Shown: positions 61,791 through 64,000 of the stretch, in pieces
How the letters are laid out: each line of letters starts with the position of its first letter
Position numbering within the stretch: the stretch's first letter is position 1
Assembly: GCF_036365525.1 (NCBI RefSeq)
Contig: NC_090399.1
Coordinates: forward strand, 66,892,862-66,956,861
From: Heterodontus francisci
Taxonomy: Eukaryota
Direction of reading: 5' to 3'
DNA length: 64,000 bases
The notes under the pieces: generated by a model
Databases searched by the model: none
The model's input: the letters and a program-made list of their open reading frames with translations, nothing else
Told to the model about the DNA's origin: nothing
Made by a program: the position numbers and the translations under genes

Positions 61791-64000
61791 TGTGTTGTGT
61801 TCGGTTTATTTACAGGGGCTGTGTGTTGTGTTGGGGTTATTTACAGGGGCTCTGAGTTGTGTTGGGGTTTATTTACAGGGACTCTGTTGCGTTGAGGTTT
61901 ATTTACAGGGGCTCTGTGTTGTATTGTTTTGAGGTTTATTTACAGGGGCTCTGTGTTGTGTTGTGTTGGAGTTTATTTACAGGGACTGTGTGTTGTGTTG
62001 GGGTTTTATTACAGGGACTCTGTTGTGTTGGGGTTTATTTACAGGGGCTCTGTGTTGTGTTGGGGTAAATTTACAGGGGCTCTGTGTTGTGTTGGGGTTT
62101 ATTTACAGGGAATCTGTTGTGTTGGGGTTTATTTACAGGGGCTCTGTGTTGTGTTGGGGTAAATTTACAGGGGTTCTGTGTTGTGTTGGGGTTTATTTAC
62201 AGGGGCTCTGTGTTGTGTTGTTTTGGGGTTTATTTACAGGGGCTCTGTTTTGTGTTGTGTTGGGGTTTATTTACAGGGGCTCTGTGTTGTGTTGTTTTGG
62301 GGTTTATTTACAGGGGCTCTGTGTTGTGTTGGGGTTTATTTACAGGGACTCTGTTGTGTTGGGGTTTATTTACAGGGGCTCTTTGTTGTGTTGGGGTTTA
62401 TTTACAGGGGCTCTGTGTTGTGTTGGGGTTTATTTACAGGGGCTCTGTGTTGTGTTGTTTTGGTGTTTATTTCCAAAGACTCTGTGTTGTGTTGGGGTTT
62501 ATTTACAGGGACTCTGCTGTTTTGGGGTCTATTTACAGGGGCTCTGTGTTGTGTTGGAGTTTATTTACAGGGACACTGTGTTGTGTTGGGGTTTATTTTC
62601 AGGGGCTCTGTGTTGTGTTGATTTGGGGTTTATTTACAGGGGCTTTGTTTTGTGTTGTGTTGGGGTTTATTTACAGGGGCTCTGTGTTGTTTTGGGGTTT
62701 ATTTACAAAGACTCTGTGTTGTATTGGGTTTATTTACAGGGGCTGTGTGTTGTGTCGGTGTTTATTTACAGGGGCTCTGTGTTGAGTTGGGGTTTATTTA
62801 CAGGGGCTCTGTGTTGTGTTGTTTTGGGGTTTATTTGCAGGGGCTCTGTTTTGTGTTGTGTTGGGGTTTATTTACAGGGGTTGTGTGTTGTGTCGGTGTT
62901 TATTTACAGGGGCTCTGTGTTGTGTCGGTGTTTATTTACAGGGGCTCTGTGTTGTGTTGGGGTTTATTTACAGGGGCTGTGTGTTGTGTTGGGGTTTATT
63001 TACAGGGGCTCTGTGTTGTTTTGGGCTTTATTTACAAAGGCTCTGTGTTGTGTTGGGTTTATTTACAGGGGCTGTGTGTTGTGTCGGTGTTTATTTACAG
63101 GGGCTCTGTGTTGTGTCGGTGTTTATTTACAGGGGCTCTGTGTTGTGTTGGGGTTTATTTACAGGGGCTGTGTGTTGTGTTGGGGTTTATTTACAGGGGC
63201 TCTGTGTTGTTTTGGGCTTTATTTACAAAGGCTCTGTGTTGTGTTGGGTTTATTTACAGGGGCTGTGTGTTGTGTTGGGGTCATTTACAGGGGCTCTGTG
63301 TTGTTTTGGGGTTTATTTACAGGGGCTCTGTGTTGTGTTGGAGTTTATTTACAGGGACTCTGTGTTGTGTTGTGTTGGGGTTTATTTACAGGGGCTCTGA
63401 GTTGTGTTGGGGTTTATTTACAGGGACTCTGTTGCGTTGGGGTTTATTTACAGGGGCTCTGTGTTGTATTGTTTTGAGGTTTATTTACAGGGGCTCTGTG
63501 TTGTGTTGTGTTGGAGTTTATTAACAGGGACTGTGTGCTGTGTTGGGGTTTATTTACAGGGACTCTGTTGTGTTGGGGTTTATTTACAGGGGCTCTGTGT
63601 TGTGTTGGGTATATTTACAGGGGCTCTGTGTTGTGTTGGGGTTTATTTACAGGGAATCTGTTGTGTTGGGGTTTATTTACAGGGGCTCTGTGTTGTGTTG
63701 GGGTAAATTTACAGGGGTTCTGTGTTGTGTTGGGGTTTATTTACAGGGGCTCTGTGTTGTGTTGGGGTTTATTTACAGGGGCTCTGTGTTGTGTTGTTTT
63801 GGTGTTTATTTACAGGGGCTTTGTTTTGTGTTGTGTTGGGGTTTATTTACAGGGGCTCTGTGTTGTTTTGGGGTTTATTTACAAAGGCTCTGTGTTGTAT
63901 TGGGTTTATTTACAGGGGCTGTGTGTTGTGTCGGTGTTTATTTACAGGGGCTCTGTGTTGTGTTAGGGTTTATTCACAGGGGCTCTGTGTTGTGTTGGGG

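Larger units (their letters stand above)
1..64000. repeat. Tandem satellite/minisatellite array, ~32-bp consensus GGGGTTTATTTACAGGGGCTCTGTGTTGTGTT with 30- and 37-bp main variants; ~1,900 monomers, all in one orientation; extends beyond both window ends
   Basis: The core TTTATTTACAGGG recurs every 30-37 bp from the first line to the last. Examples: 30-mer 31-60, 37-mer 61-97, 32-mer 805-836, 25-mer 10872-10896, 42-mer 26195-26236. No non-repeat sequence seen. Confidence 0.99.
50550..64000. repeat. Long-period duplication, offset 10,380 bp (~50550-53620 vs ~60930-64000; the second copy runs off the window)
   Basis: ORF pairs 50742/61122, 51017/61397, 51479/61859, 51583/61963, 51704/62084, 51798/62178, 52272/62652, 52436/62816, 53024/63404 and 53128/63508 are all offset by 10380. 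Shared rare variants: TTCCAAAGAC, GTTGATTTGGGG, GGGGTCATTTAC. Confidence 0.93.

Noticed and set aside
16-63966. About 200 long plus-strand ORFs encoding Cys/Val/Leu/Gly-rich 'membrane-like' proteins
   Set aside because: They overlap in all three frames with the same peptide, mostly start at CTG/TTG/GTG rather than ATG, and end wherever a variant monomer creates a stop. The 32/37-bp units do not preserve frame. They are translation artefacts of an A-poor satellite.
1-64000. CRISPR array (repeat length 30-37 bp, conserved core alternating with a variable part)
   Set aside because: There are no unique spacers: the variable part is only (GTGTT)n of 3-20 bp. No leader, no cas genes and no repeat palindrome are present.
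1-64000. Canonical telomerase-made telomere (TTGGGG, TTTTGGGG or TTAGGG)
   Set aside because: These hexamers/octamers occur once per monomer and never in tandem; TTAGGG appears only as rare point variants (e.g. ~19695, ~53583). Block-inherited variants indicate DNA duplication.
1-64000. Identity with the 32-bp great-ape subterminal satellite (StSat/pCht) or other named satellites
   Set aside because: Only the unit length is similar. As I recall it, that satellite is AT-rich with a different sequence, and I cannot support any family assignment without a database search.
1-64000. Diversity-generating, phase-variation or antigenic-variation cassette system; integron or recombination-site array
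   Set aside because: There is no recombinase, reverse transcriptase, expression locus, cassette ORFs or inverted sites. The variation is explained by point mutation plus block duplication.
1-64000. tRNA, rRNA, structured ncRNA or intrinsic terminators
   Set aside because: The G/T-dominated strand offers almost no Watson-Crick stems, and no conserved RNA gene motifs are visible.
1-64000. Plus-strand AU-rich (AUUUA) and GU-rich (CELF/TDP-43-like) RNA elements as annotated regulatory features
   Set aside because: AUUUA is a single pentamer per monomer in a G-rich context, and the GU tract is not a canonical (UG)n or UGUUUGUUUGU element. Without evidence of transcription they cannot be called features.

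Overview
The whole 64-kb window is one uninterrupted head-to-tail tandem satellite/minisatellite array that runs off both ends. The basic monomer is 32 bp (GGGG TTTATTTACA GGGG CTCT GTGTT GTGTT; perfect copy at 805-836). Common length variants are 30 bp (GGGG TTTATTTACA GGGA CTCT GTT GTGTT; 31-60) and 37 bp (one extra GTGTT or GTTTT pentamer; 61-97), with rare 25, 31 and 42 bp forms. That gives roughly 1,900 monomers (64 kb / ~33 bp, an estimate rather than a count). I see no unique sequence, inversion, mobile element, RNA gene or credible protein-coding gene. Every ORF in the track is an artefact of a plus strand that is stop-free in all three frames. The real information lies in the ordered series of monomer variants. 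They reveal nested kilobase-scale duplications (offsets 1915, 2167/2130, 2416, 3133, 3475/3507, 2404, 6547, 5720, 9587, 2306, 784, 3083, 827, 3285/3286, 2239 and 10380 bp), a conserved variant order pointing to an ancestral multi-kb higher-order unit, and four compositional domains. The array is extremely strand-asymmetric (26 of 32 consensus bases are G or T) and has two G-runs per monomer. Its conserved core reads TGTAAATAAA on the minus strand, which is at once a perfect Pumilio response element (UGUANAUA), a UGUA+AAUAAA cleavage/polyadenylation motif and a Forkhead DNA site. Any function for these motifs is hypothesis only. The organism and chromosomal position cannot be determined from the window; a eukaryotic heterochromatic or subtelomeric origin is an inference.
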